Shown here: positions 48,406 through 60,417 of the stretch, one piece after another
Numbering within the stretch: the first letter of the stretch is position 1
Layout: the number at the start of each line of letters is the position of its first letter
Assembly: GCF_963921235.1 (NCBI RefSeq)
Contig: NC_086097.1
Span: 206,586,001-206,650,000 of the forward strand
DNA length: 64,000 bases
Source of the DNA: Mobula hypostoma
Lineage: Eukaryota
Direction of reading: 5' to 3'
Notes under the pieces: model-generated
Database searches by the model: none
The model's input: the letters and a program-made list of their open reading frames with translations, nothing else
Told to the model about the DNA's origin: nothing
Program-made: the position numbers and the translations under genes

Positions 48406-51400
48406 TCAAATAAAAATACAACAATAATCATAAATAAGTAAACAATAAATATCAAGAACATGCGATGAAGTGTCCTTGAAAGTGAGCCCATTCGTTGTGC
48501 GAACAGTTCAGTGATGTGGCAAGTGAAATTGAGTGAAGTTATCCCCAGTGGCTCAACAGCCTGATGGTGGAGGGGTAATAATTGTTTGTGAACCTGGTGG
48601 TGTTGGTCCTGAGGCTCCTGTACCGTCTTCCTGATAGCAGCCGTGAGAAGGGAGCATGACCTGGGCGATGAGGCTCCCTGATGATAGTTGCTGCTTTCCT
48701 GTGACAATGCTCCATGTAGATGTGCTCAATAATGGGGAGGGCTTTACCCGTAATGTGCATTGCCACATCCACAATCCTTTGTAGGAATTTTCATTGGTGC
48801 TTCTATCCCAGGTTGTGACACAGTCAGTCAATATACTCTCCACCCAACAATGGGGACTGTGGTCAGAAGAACTTGCAGATGTGGTGCTAAACCAAGCAAC
48901 CCAGGTGCTGATGAATGCCTGAACCACAACTGCAGCTGATGTCGATGCTACAGGGATGACCTCCAGCCACTTGGTGGTACGCTCCACCATGGTAAGAAGG
49001 TGCATGAAACCTCATGGGGGTGTGGGTGGAATGGTGGAAGGACCAACATGGTCCACATCGACATGGTCAAAAAGTCGCTCAAACACCTCAAAAGTTGACA
49101 ATGGTGCCGAACATGATGATTAATTTTTGCCCGCTGGTACTCCACACAGGCTGCAGTCCACTCACACACGTCCTTTCTGCCGTGCCAAACAAACTTTTGC
49201 GTAAATCGGTTTCTGCAAGGCCTTCCAGCCCAGATGTGAAAGGCCATGTATGGAGTTGAAAACAGTCCATCTCCACTTTGCGGGCACGATGAGGTGAGGG
49301 CAAACAGTTGAGACATTGTTCTGAAGAGAAACAACCCAGAGCTCCAGGCTTCCCCAAACTTAATGTTAGCCAATCACAGGTCTGTAACTGCCCTGAAGCT
49401 CTGGGTCAGTAACTTGGTCAGCTGCCACGCCAGCGTAGTCAACCCCTCTGTGTACGACATTAACAGCTGGCCGTGAGAGGCAATCAGCCACAGCATTATT
49501 TTTTCCCTTGCTATGTTGCAGATCAGTTCTGAGCTTGGATATGTAGGCAAGGTGGTGTTGCCTCTGTGCAGACCATGGGTCTGATATTTTGGCCATCATG
49601 TGCATGAGGGGTTTGTGCTGGTCAATCAACTCTGTGAAATGACGGCCCTCTGGAAGGAAACGAAAATGGCAGACACCCAGATAGAGACCGAGAAGCTCAT
49701 GATCAAACATGCTGTACTTCCTTTCAGGGGGTGGATGATGGAGCTACTGACTGAAGAAGGTGAGCACCTACCACTCTCCTCCCACCAATTGTTCATGCAC
49801 AGCACCCACAGCATAATCTGAGCTATCAGCAGTAATGGCTATGGGTGCGTCAGGGATGGGTGCGCCAGGAGGCTCACGTTAGAAAGAGCTCATTTGGTAT
49901 CAGCAAATACCCCTGGTCATGTCTGCTGACTAGTCAAACACTTGATTAGGGGTATTTCCTTTAAGTGCACTATACACAAAGAGCAGAAGTTCAGCAGCTC
50001 ATGGATGAAGCGGTGCTATAAATCTACCACACCCAAAAACTCCAGTAGTTTTTTTAGTAGTGCAGGTGGTGGGAAATTCATAATATTGACTACTTTTGAT
50101 GGGCAGGGTTTCACACCTTCTGTGGAGATGCAATGGTCGAGAAAGTCAATGGTTACAACCGGAACTGGCATTTAGCAGGGTTAGTAATTATGTTGGCTTA
50201 AGTGCTCGAAAGGTGTGCAGAGATGAGATACGTCTTCAGATTTAGACCCACTGGCAACAAATATGTCATCCAGGTAAAATAAAAAAAAATCTGAGTCTTT
50301 TAATGCAGAGTCCATCAGTCACTGGAAAATCTGTGCTGCATTTTTCAGTCCAGATGGCATGTGCAGAAGCCCAAAAAGTTCAAATGGTGTTATCACAGCT
50401 GTTTTGGGAATGTCCTCTAAGCACACAGGCACCTGATCGTAGTCCCGAAATAGACTGATCTTGGAAAAAAATTAACTTTCAGGTTAAATGAGCTGAAAGG
50501 TCTTGGATGTGTGGGACTGGGTAATGATCAGGGGTGGTGGCCTCGTAATCGCCACATGGGTGGTAACTACCATCGAACTTGGAGACCATATGGAGGGTTG
50601 AAGCCCAGAGGCTATTCGACCAGGATAAAATGCTGAGTCTTTCCGGGTTGGTAAACTCAGCTTTTGCAGTTGCCAGCTTTTCTGGATCCAGTCTATACAC
50701 ACATGTGTGGACCGGCGGGCCAGTAGTGGGAATGTGGTGCTCAACCCCATGTTTTGCGACTGTCATGGAGAATGTGGGCTTGGTGAGGTTTGGGAATTCA
50801 CCCAGCAGTCAAGTAAACTCATACGCGAAGGTGCATGCACTTGATAGAGCCATTGTGGGGAACTTACTGGGGGAGCAGGGTAACAATCTAAAGTCCTTGA
50901 TATCCACAAGCCGACAATTCTTAAGATTGACTAACAGTCCTTGGGCACACAGGAAATCTGCACCAAGCGAAGGTCTAACCACTTTAGCCAACACAAAGTC
51001 CCATGTGTCATCTCACCCACTGAAGCTGAGCCTCTCTCATTGTGTCCCGTAGTATGGGTCTTGCTGCCGTTGATGCTCATACAGGAAGCGTTGCCCTGAA
51101 AGGGTGTCTGTAATGAACAGTAGATGACACTGGCAGCTGGAACCCACAGTGCTCACAGACCTCTGATGTCCCAATGCAATGACACTGTTGAAGCTGCAAG
51201 GCAGTCAGCACTTTCTAGCATTCGTACGGAAGCGACTACAGTAAAAACACAGGCCCGGGGTCTGTTTCGCAGCCGCGGGTGTCCTTATGTTGGGGGCTTA
51301 TTGAGGTAGAGAAAGGAGGAGAATGATGCACCATTGCCTAGCTGAGTGTAGACTATCAGCCATTTTAGTCAGCTCCCTATAGTCCTTCATGGGTGCATTA

Positions 51401-51832
51401 GCTTGGGCTGTGCGAACTTGATCAGGCATTTGCTGCATGAAGAGTTCTTTAAAAATACAACAAGGATGTTGATTTCCCAGAAGAGACAACATGTGGTCCA
51501 TTTGCTCCAGAGGCTTGCCGTTGCCGAGATTGGGTAAGAACAGCAACCAGTTGGCATGCTCAGAGTCTGATTGTCCAGAAGCCCGTAAAAGGTGAGTGTT
51601 CGGTGATCGGCGTTTATTGTGTTCATTTTAAGCAAACTCATCACTCTCGCCACTGTGGAATTGCTGAGCGACACCACCATGTCGTAGAATTTGGTGTTGT
51701 CTGAGGAGATTTCTCACAGAGCAAACTGAGCCTCAGTTTGTACAAAGCAAGCGATGACATTTTGCTCTCAAATTCCGGCAGTTTTAAAGTGACTGTGTTG
51801 GCCGACATGTTCAATAACTCTGGAATTGTCCT

Positions 51833-51850
51833 AGAGCATCAGGGTCACCA
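51833..51850 (-). other. Primer-binding site, tRNA-Trp type
   Basis: TGGTGACCCTGATG, 1 nt after the LTR end. It matches TGGTGACCCCGACG with two CpG-type changes. Confidence 0.75.
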
Positions 51851-51851
51851 A

Positions 51852-52063
51852 TGCCAGCTTTCACAAATAAAACGAAGTGAGGTGTTCTATGTTAAATGAA
51901 ACCTGTAACACATTTTGTTCAACTGCAATACATAACATAAAAGCACACTGAAAATCCTTACATAACAATGCCATCATGTCAGACCAGCCTCTTAGAGCGA
52001 AACCCGAACTCAATGTTGGTGGCCATGAATTATGCACGTTTCTCCCAATTATGTTTCCCTACA
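51852..52063 (-). repeat. 5' LTR of the Gypsy element (212 bp, TG...CA)
   Basis: The minus strand begins TGTAGGG and ends GGCA immediately before the PBS. Host LINE sequence resumes at 52064. Confidence 0.75.
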
Positions 52064-53412
52064 GTTGTTGTGGCAACACTCAGCCAGACTTTCAATTTCT
52101 CTCCTATATGCTGATTCGACACCACCTTTGATTTGGCCTATGACAGTGGTGTCATCAGTTAACTTGGATACAGCATTGGAACTGTGCAAAGCGAGTAGAG
52201 CAGAGGGCTAAGCACACAGCTTTGTGCTGTACCTGTGCTGGTGGAGACTGTGGAAGAGATGTTATTGCCAATCCAAACTGAGTGAGGAAGCAAAGGATCC
52301 AATTGCACAAAGAGGTATTGAGGCCAAGGCCTTGAAGTTTACTGATTAGTCAAGGGGATGCTAGTATTGAATGTTGAGCTGTAGTCCATAAAGAGCATCC
52401 TGATGTATGCACCTTTGCCAATATCAAACTTTAAATGTTTTGCTATAAGTGGATTGCAAAGTATTACACATGCAGCAGTAACAATTCAATTGTCGATAGA
52501 CTTGGCATTTCCAAATTTATATATCACAACAGATCTCTTACTGCGAAGCAAAGAAAAAATGTAGCTACTGAAAAGCTGAAATGAAAATAGAAAAAGTTGC
52601 AAACACTCAACAGGTCAGACAGAATCTCTAGAGAGTGAAACAGATCCATGTTTCTTGATGCTGATTCTGAAGTTCATCATGTGGAAAACTGAGAATATAA
52701 GTGTTTCATTTTTCAGAGTTTCAACTTAGTACACACTTTGTTTCTCATTTTTCTAATTTTGATGAATGTTTTTCTCATATTGAAATAAAATCAAGGTGCT
52801 ATAAGCATTACCTGCGAGCGATCACAGAGTCATGGAAAGGTTGCAATGTACAAAGCAGAAGAGAAAAGGGGTCTTGTTTATACTGCAAAAGCTGATAAGC
52901 CAGTCTCCACAAATAACTGCCGTCTTCCAGTTATGTCCATAACAGTGTTTCATCCTCTCCTATGCAGATTTTCCTTTCTGTTAATTGAATAGTATGATTG
53001 TACACAGAAGCAGAAGCGAATCTCAGAGTTCATAGGTTCGGAAGTAAAATTGTATATGCACTGTACAAATAGCTGTCCATATTAATCTTCTGTGCAATTG
53101 AATACTATATCTGAGAATATTTATAACATAAAGGTTAAGTTATCAAAAGAAAAACAAGCATTGTATATTAAATCAGAACTACTTATTACAAGAGATAACA
53201 TAGTCAGCTTCAAGAATAATATGTATTTACTATAGCATTGTATTTGACATAGAGTAGAAAGAACTGTATAACAAAGTTCAGTAAGGGAAACCTATCCAGC
53301 ACATTCAGCAATCTTTATTATTTGTAAGTTGCAAGCTAAACTTTTAAACTGAAGATCCCATTTTACATACAAGCAGTGCAACCAATTTAATTATTATGCA
53401 TTATTATGCTTA

Positions 53413-53701
53413 GTGTGGGCACGTGGCCAAGTGGTTAAGGCATTGGACTAGTGACCTGAAGGTCGTGAGTTCGAGCCCCAGCCGAGGCAACGTGTTGTGT
53501 CCTTGAGCAAGGCACTTAATCACACATTGCTCTGCGACGACACTGGTGCCAAGCTGTCTGGGTCCTAATGCCCTTCCCTTGGACAACATTGGTGTCGTGG
53601 AGAGGGGAGACTTGCAGCATGGGCAACTGCTGGTCTTCCATACAGTGAAGAGTTTCCAGGTGTAGATCCATGGTCTCGCAAGACTAACGGATGCCTCTCT
53701 C
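53413..53701 (+). mobile_element. tRNA-derived CORE-type SINE with 10-bp TSD
   Basis: A-box TGGCCAAGTGG (53424), B-box GAGTTCGAGCC (53467) and CORE-like ccttgagcaaggcacttaa. TSD ATTATGCTTA at 53403-53412 / 53702-53711. Confidence 0.88.
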
Positions 53702-54529
53702 ATTATGCTTAAGAAGAAATGTAAATCTTAGTCCTGTTTTAAATGAAGGTGAGCATTTAAAACTAGCGATACAGAACAAGATGAATAACTCATGATAAAA
53801 TATTATTTAAGTGAATGCTAAACCCCTTGTGACTTGATTGGACAATATGCTTGTAATAACTTGTAATAGCTATGAAAGTGGTCACAAATTAAAATTAATG
53901 GTTCTAAGTTTTCTCTAAGTCTATAACTGCAATAACAATCTAAATGTAAGTACTTTTTTCTGAAATGTCCAATTTTAACTTTACGTTGGGCTTCACTTTT
54001 ATTTTTATGTGTCAGAGGAGCCATGATATTTTTACGAATGCTCACGTTATGTGGCTCACCTTGTCACTGGTGGTCTCGGGAATTCTAATGAAATACGAGA
54101 GTTCGATTTTCATATATCGGGTTCTTTTTTCATTTTTGGTGTCAACTATATCAATTGGACTTTATAAATATTCAGTTTAACTTTGCAAGCTTATTGTTAT
54201 TTATATTCACCATTCATCAATCATTGACTACCAAGGGTTGAAGAGGCCCTCAGACACTGCTCAATATAGGCCTCTCAGCAGCGTATGAACAGTAAACATT
54301 AAGTGTGTCGGATGTTGTTCCAATTTTATTCCCTCTTGTGTCTTATTTTAATCATAAATCCAAGTCTAAGATTTGAAAAATTTTGACCTTTGTCAACAAT
54401 TTCACCATTCCATTAACTATAATGTCAAGAACAATTCGGCTTCTGTTAGTGAGTCAATGTATTTTGTAAGTCAGTCTTACTTTCTGCGTGAAAGGAAATT
54501 TCAAGAATCATCAAGGTCACATTTCCACA

Positions 54530-57015
54530 ACAAAAGGTGTAATAATAACAGGATTGTCGTGGTGGGAGATTTTAATTTCCCAAATATCGATTGGCATGTC
54601 GCATGAGCGAGGGGTTTAGATGGGGTGGAGTATGTTAGATGTGTTCAAGCAGGTTTTGTGACACAATATGTAGCTAAGCCTACAAGAGGAGAGGCTGTAC
54701 TTGATCTGATATTGGGAAATGAACTTGGTCAGGTGTCAGATCTCTCAGTGCAAGAGCATTTTGGAGATATTGATCACAATTCTATCTCCTTTACCATAGC
54801 ATTGGAGAGAAATAGGAGAGACAAGTTAGGAAAGCGTTTAATTGGAGTAGGGGAAATATAAGGTTATCAGCAGGAACTTGGAAGCATAAATTGGGAACAG
54901 ATGTTCTCAGGGAAATGTACGGAAGAAATGTGGCAAATGTTCAGGAGATATTTGCGTGGAGTTCTGCAAAGGTACGCTCCAATGAGACAGGGAAAGGATG
55001 GTAAGGTACAGGAACCGTGGCGCATAAAGGCTGTTGTAAATCTAGTCAAAAAGAAAAGAAGAGCTTATGAAAGGTTCAAAAAACTAGATAATGATGGAGA
55101 TCTTGAAGATTATAATGCTAGCAGGAAGGAGCTTAAGGAAGAAATTAGGAGAGCCAGAAGGGGCCATGAGAAGGCCTTGGCGGACAGGATTAAGGAAAAC
55201 CCCAAGGCATTCTACAAGTATGTGAAGAGCAAGAGGATAAAATATGAGAGAATAGGACCAGTCAAGTGTGACAGTGGAAAAGTGTGTATGAAACCGGAGG
55301 AGATAGCAGAGGTACTTACTGAGTACATTGCTTCAGTATTCACTGCGGAAAAGGATCTGGGTGATTGTAGGGATGACTTACAGTGGAATGAAAAGTTTGA
55401 CCATGTAGATGTTAAGGAAGAGGATGTGCTGGAGCTTCTTGAAAGCATCAAGTTGGATAAATCACCGGGACCAGATGAGATCTACCCCAGTCTACTGTGG
55501 GAAGCGAGGGAGGAGACTGCTGAGCCTCTGGCAATGACCTTCGCATCATCAATGGGACGGGAGAGGTTCCGGAGGATTGGAGGGTTGCAGATGTTATTCC
55601 TTTATTCAAGGAAGTGAGTAGAGATAGCCCAGGAAATTATAGACCAATGAGTCTTACTTCAGTGGTTGGTAAGTTGATGGAGAAGATCCTGAGAGGCAGG
55701 ATTTATAAACATTTGGAGAGGCATAATATGATTAGGAATAGTTAGCGTGGCTTTCTGAAAGGTAGGTCGTGCCTTACAAACCTGACTGAATTTTTTGAGG
55801 ATGTGAGTAAACACATTGATAAAGGTAGAGCAGTAGGTGTACTGTATATCATCTTTAGCAAGACATTTGACAAGGTACCCCATGCAAGGCTCATTGAGAA
55901 AGTAAGGAAGCACGGGATCCAAGGAGACATTGCTTTGTGGATCTAGAACTGGCTTGCTCACAGAAGGCAAAGTGTGGTTGTAGACGGGTCATATTCTACA
56001 TGGAAGTCGGTCACCAATGATGTGCCTCAGGGATCTGTTCTGGGACCCGTACTCTTCGTGATTTTTATAAATGACTTGGATGAAGATGTGGAGGGATGGG
56101 TGAGTAAATTTGCTGATGATACAAAGGTTGAAGGTGTTGTGGATAGTGTGGAGGGCTGTCAGAGTTACAATATGACATTGATAGGATGCAAAATTACGCT
56201 GAAAAGTGGCAGATGGAGTTCAACCCAGATAAGTGTGAGGTGGTTTATTTTGGTAGGTCAAATATCATGATGGAATATAGTATTACTGGCAAGACTCTTG
56301 GCAGTGTGGAGAATCAGAGGGATCTTGAGGTCTGAGTCCACAGGACACTCAAAGCTGCTGTGCAGGTTGACTCTGTGGTTAAGAAAGCATACAGTGCATT
56401 GGCCTTCATCAATTGTGGGATTCAGTTTCGGATCCGAGAGGTAATGTTGCAGCTATATAGGACCCTGGTCAGACCCCACTTGGAGTACTATGGTCAGTTC
56501 TGGTCGCCTCACTACAGGAAGGATGTGGAAACCATAGAAGGGTGCTGTAGAGATATACAAAGATGTTGCCTGGATCAGGGAGTGTGCCTTATGAGAACAG
56601 GTTGAGTGAACTCAGCCTTTTTTCCTTTGAGCGACAGAGGATGAGAGGTGACCTGATAGAGGTGTATAAGATGATGAGAGGAGTTGATTGTGTGGATAGT
56701 CAGAGGCTTTTACCTAGGGCTGAAATGGCTAGCATGAGAGAGCACAGTTTTAAGGTGCTTGGAAGTAGGTACAGAGGAAATGTCAGGGGTAAGTTTTTTT
56801 ACACAGAGTGTGGTGAGTGTGTGGAATGGTCTGCCGGCAACAGTGGTGGAGGCAGATACCACAGGGTCTTTTAAGAGACTCCTGGACAGGTGCATGAAGC
56901 TCAGAAAAGGAGAGGGCTTTGGGTAACCCTTGGTAATTTCTAAGGTAAGGAGATGTTTGGCACAGCTTTGTGGGCCTAATGGTCTGTATCGTGCTGTAGG
57001 CTTTCTATGTTTCTC
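54530..57015 (+). mobile_element. 5'-truncated, decayed CR1 LINE ORF2
   Basis: Peptides VVGDFNFPNIDW, KSPGPDEIYP, VPQGSVLGP, KFADDTKV and RPHLEYYGQFWSP. Tail ctttctatgtttct. Confidence 0.92.
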
Positions 57016-57594
57016 TAAAATGTCAACAGAAAATACTCCTCTGTTCCAAGCTATTGAGAAATCAGTATGTCAGTGAGATGGGCAATCTATTGGTGCATTA
57101 GAGTGTGCCCTTCAATCAGAATGAGAACTACAGGCAAGTGTGACCTTTGTATGGTGGGTAAATGCTTTTGATGATGTTAATAATCAACTTCACAGATTAA
57201 CACAACCCCTCAAAAATAGGCATCTATTAGTTACAAAGCATCATGAAGTACATGTATTTTTGAAAAAAATTCAACTCAACTCATATACACTTCAACAATT
57301 TACACTTAGAAACTTCTTTAGGTGGTAACCTGCTGTTGCTTTTTGATAGACTCTAGTTTCACTACCATTCTTCCAGATTTTTTCCCAGGTGCAGATGATA
57401 CTAGCAATGGCTTCAAATTATCTACAGTATTTGGTTCCAGGAGCATGTTTATAGAATAAGAATATAAACTATGGGATTTGGGTTGTTTCTTTTTATTTTG
57501 ATAAACATCGTCACACTCAGTTACATCAAACAAATGGAGGGCCTTCGAACACATTGGAAACTCCAATAAAATAAGCTCACTCTGGAATGTATTT

Positions 57595-57815
57595 CAGAAT
57601 CAGAATCAGAATCAGGTTTATTATCACTGGCATGTGACGTGAAATTTGTTAACTTAGCAGCAGCAGTTCAATGCAATACATAATCTAGCAGAGAGTGAAA
57701 AAATAATAAATAAACAAGTAAATCAATTGCGTAAATGGATAGATTAAAAAATGTGCAAAAACAGAAATACTGTCTATCAAAGGAAAAGTGAGGTAGTGTT
57801 CCAAATCCTTTAGGA
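57595..57815 (-). mobile_element. Rex1-like 3' tail fragment
   Basis: (TCAGAA)n tail; homologous to 7720-7920. Confidence 0.75.
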
Positions 57816-58199
57816 AATTGCACACACCAAAAATTGGTAACTGATTTTGGGGATATTTTAACAATAATTTACAAATACTTTTCATATCATGATATAGAAA
57901 AGAAATTTGCAATTAACCAATCTTACTTAACTATAAGTTTTCAGGTGGCAAATCTCATAATACTCTGAAGGAGAATTAATTCTAAGTGTACCTGTACTTG
58001 TTAATTATACTAAAGCAATGTAAAATGACATGCAATATTACAAGCTCATATGCTCCATGTGATTATGATGATTAACTATAAAACAGTCTGAATACAGCAG
58101 TATAAACATTACATTTATCAGCTCTGATACTCTATTACAACACAATACAAGCTTTTATATTTATTTGCTTAATGTCTGAGAGAGAAACAACACTGGAAC

Positions 58200-58705
58200 A
58201 GTCAAGAAACAATCTAGTAAAACCAGAACTACCATGTTTCAACAACTTTCAACAAATGGATAACACACCTGCAAAGCTTTACAGACATCATGGAAACTAG
58301 CCTCCCTCAATGGCTTCTGTCTAAACTTCTCGCAGCTTCAGAAAAGCACTCACCCTGGACATTCACTCTCCTTCCTCCTTTTATCGAGGAAATTACAGAA
58401 GCCTGAAAGCACATAACACAAGATTCAAGAATCACTACTATTTTGCTATTATAAGACAATTGAATGGTCCCCTGGTACTATGATATGGACTCTTGACCTC
58501 ACAATCTATCTCGTATTGGCCTTGCACCTTATTGACTGCTTGCACTGCACTTTCTCGGTAAATCAAACTTTTTATTTTGCATTCTATAATTGTTTTGCCT
58601 TGTATCACTCAATGCACTGTTGCAATGAAATGATCTAGATGCAAGACAAGATTTTCACTGTACCTTGATAAATGTGACAGTAATAAATCAAGTTACCAAT
58701 TTACA
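58200..58705 (+). mobile_element. Old Rex1-like 3' fragment
   Basis: Reverse-complement similarity to 31790-32250; 3' UTR cactgcactttctc...tgtgacagtaataaa. Confidence 0.6.
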
Positions 58706-59024
58706 AGAAGAGTTAGTCTCTGTCCAACTTCCTTCTGAGGGCTCTGCTCCTTTTCTTTCTCCTCACTCTTTTAGCAGCATGCCCTGTTCTGCATGGCTTC
58801 TACTTTTTCCCCAGTTAGAATGACCCAAAGGAAAACAACTATTAATAGATTCATATCTGGAAACAACAGCTTTCTGCGGCAGATTGAAAGCAACACAATG
58901 CTCTTCCGCACTAATTTCTTTGAACACCAGAATTTACATACACCTATAGAAAGCTCTTTAAAAAGGTTAGATCAGCAGCCAAAACAAAAATATGACTAAA
59001 TTGTTTGTGATGAATCCTTTAAAA

Positions 59025-60417
59025 TGGACTGGAAAATTGCAAATGTCACTCCATTCTTCAAGAAGGGAGAAAGGCAAAAAAAAAAAGAGGAAATTATAGG
59101 CCGGTTAGCCTGACCTCAGTGTTTGGGAAGATGTTGGAGTTGAGAGATAAGGATGTAGTTTCGGGGTACTTGGAGGCATATGGCAAAATGGGCCAAAGTT
59201 AGCATGGTTTCCTTAAGGGAAAATCTTGCTTGACAAATATGTCAAAATTCCTTGAAGAAACAACAAGCAGGATAGACAAAGGAGAGTCCGTTGATGTTGT
59301 GTACTTTGGATTTTCAGAAGGCCTTTGACAAGGTGCCATGCATGAAGCTACCTAGCAAGTTAAGAGCCCTTGCACTTACAGGAAAGATACTAACATAGAT
59401 AGAGCATTGGCTGATTGGCAAGGAGCAAAGAGTGGGAATAAAGGGAGTCTTTTCTGACTGGCTGCCGTGAATAATGGTGCTCTGCAGCAGTCAGCATTGG
59501 GACCACTTCTTTTTACATTGTATGTCAATGATTTGGATGGTGGAATTGATAGCTTTGTGGCAAAGTTTACAGATGACATGAACACAGATGAAGGCCCAGT
59601 TAGTGTTGATAAAGCAGTAGGCTGCGAAAGGATATGGACAGATTAGGAGAAAGGGTAAAGAAGTGGCAAGTGGAAAACAGTGCAAGAAGTGTATGGTCAT
59701 GCACATTGCTAGAAGGAATAAAAGCATAAACTATTTTCTAAATGCGAAGCAAGTCAGTGGTGAGAAAGGCAAATGTAATGAGGAAGGCATTCATTTCGAG
59801 GGGACCAGAATATAACAACACACGTGTAATATTGAGGCTTTATAAGGCACTAGTGAGGCCTCACTTGGAGTATTGTGAACAGTTTTGGGCTGCTTATCTA
59901 AAAAATGATATGCTGATATTGGAAAAGGTCCAGAGGAGGTCCTTACAATATATCAGGAATGAAAGGGTTAAAGTATGAGGTTGGTTTGATGGCTCTGGAT
60001 CTGTACTCACTGGATTTAGCAGAATGAAGGGGATCTCATTGAATCCCATCGAATGTTGAACGATCTAGATAGAGTGGATGTGGAGAAGAGGTTTCCTATG
60101 GTCGGGGAGTTTAGGATCACAGGGCACAGACTTAGATTAGAGGGATGTTACTTTAGACAAAGACAAGGAGGAATTTCTTTTGCTAGAACATGGCAAATCT
60201 GAAGAATTTGCGGCCTCAAGTGGCTGTGGAGGCCAAGTTAACTACATTGGGTGTAATTAAGAGAGGAGTTGAAAGGTTCTTGATTACTCAGGGTCTGAAA
60301 GGTCATGGGGAGAAGGCAGGAGAATGGGGTTGAGTGAGAAGTGGTCAGCCATGATGAAATGGCAGAGCAAATACAATGGACCAAAAGACCTAATTCTATT
60401 CCTACGTCTTATGGTCT
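59025..60417 (+). mobile_element. Decayed CR1 LINE RT and 3' end
   Basis: Peptides DWKIANVTPFFKKG, NYRPVSLTSV and LYKALVRPHLEYCEQFW. Tail gtcttatggtct. Confidence 0.9.

Larger units (their letters stand above)
48845..52063 (-). mobile_element. Decayed Ty3/Gypsy LTR retrotransposon, CsRn1-like, 3'-truncated
   Basis: Domain order: gag (KLPEF..FVQTEAQF), PR (LGADFL), RT (HHIPTTGPPV, YPVPHIQDL, YLDDIFVAS), RNase H (FDHELLGLYL, KGKNNAVADCLSR), IN (HLLTMVERTTKWLEVIP). Confidence 0.92.
42692..52420 (-). mobile_element. Rex1/Babar-like LINE broken into pieces (42692-42900, 48410-48845, 52064-52420) by nested insertions
   Basis: The pieces are colinear with the copy at 23450-25000. Peptide ITGKALPIIEHIY..IIREPHRPGHAPFSRLLSGRRYRSL. 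Confidence 0.78.

Noticed and set aside
53413..53490. tRNA gene
   Set aside because: The head continues into a CORE-like body and tail with a TSD, so it is a SINE.
57318..57566. 82-aa minus-strand ORF in unique sequence
   Set aside because: No recognisable domain, weak splice signals, and a length compatible with chance.
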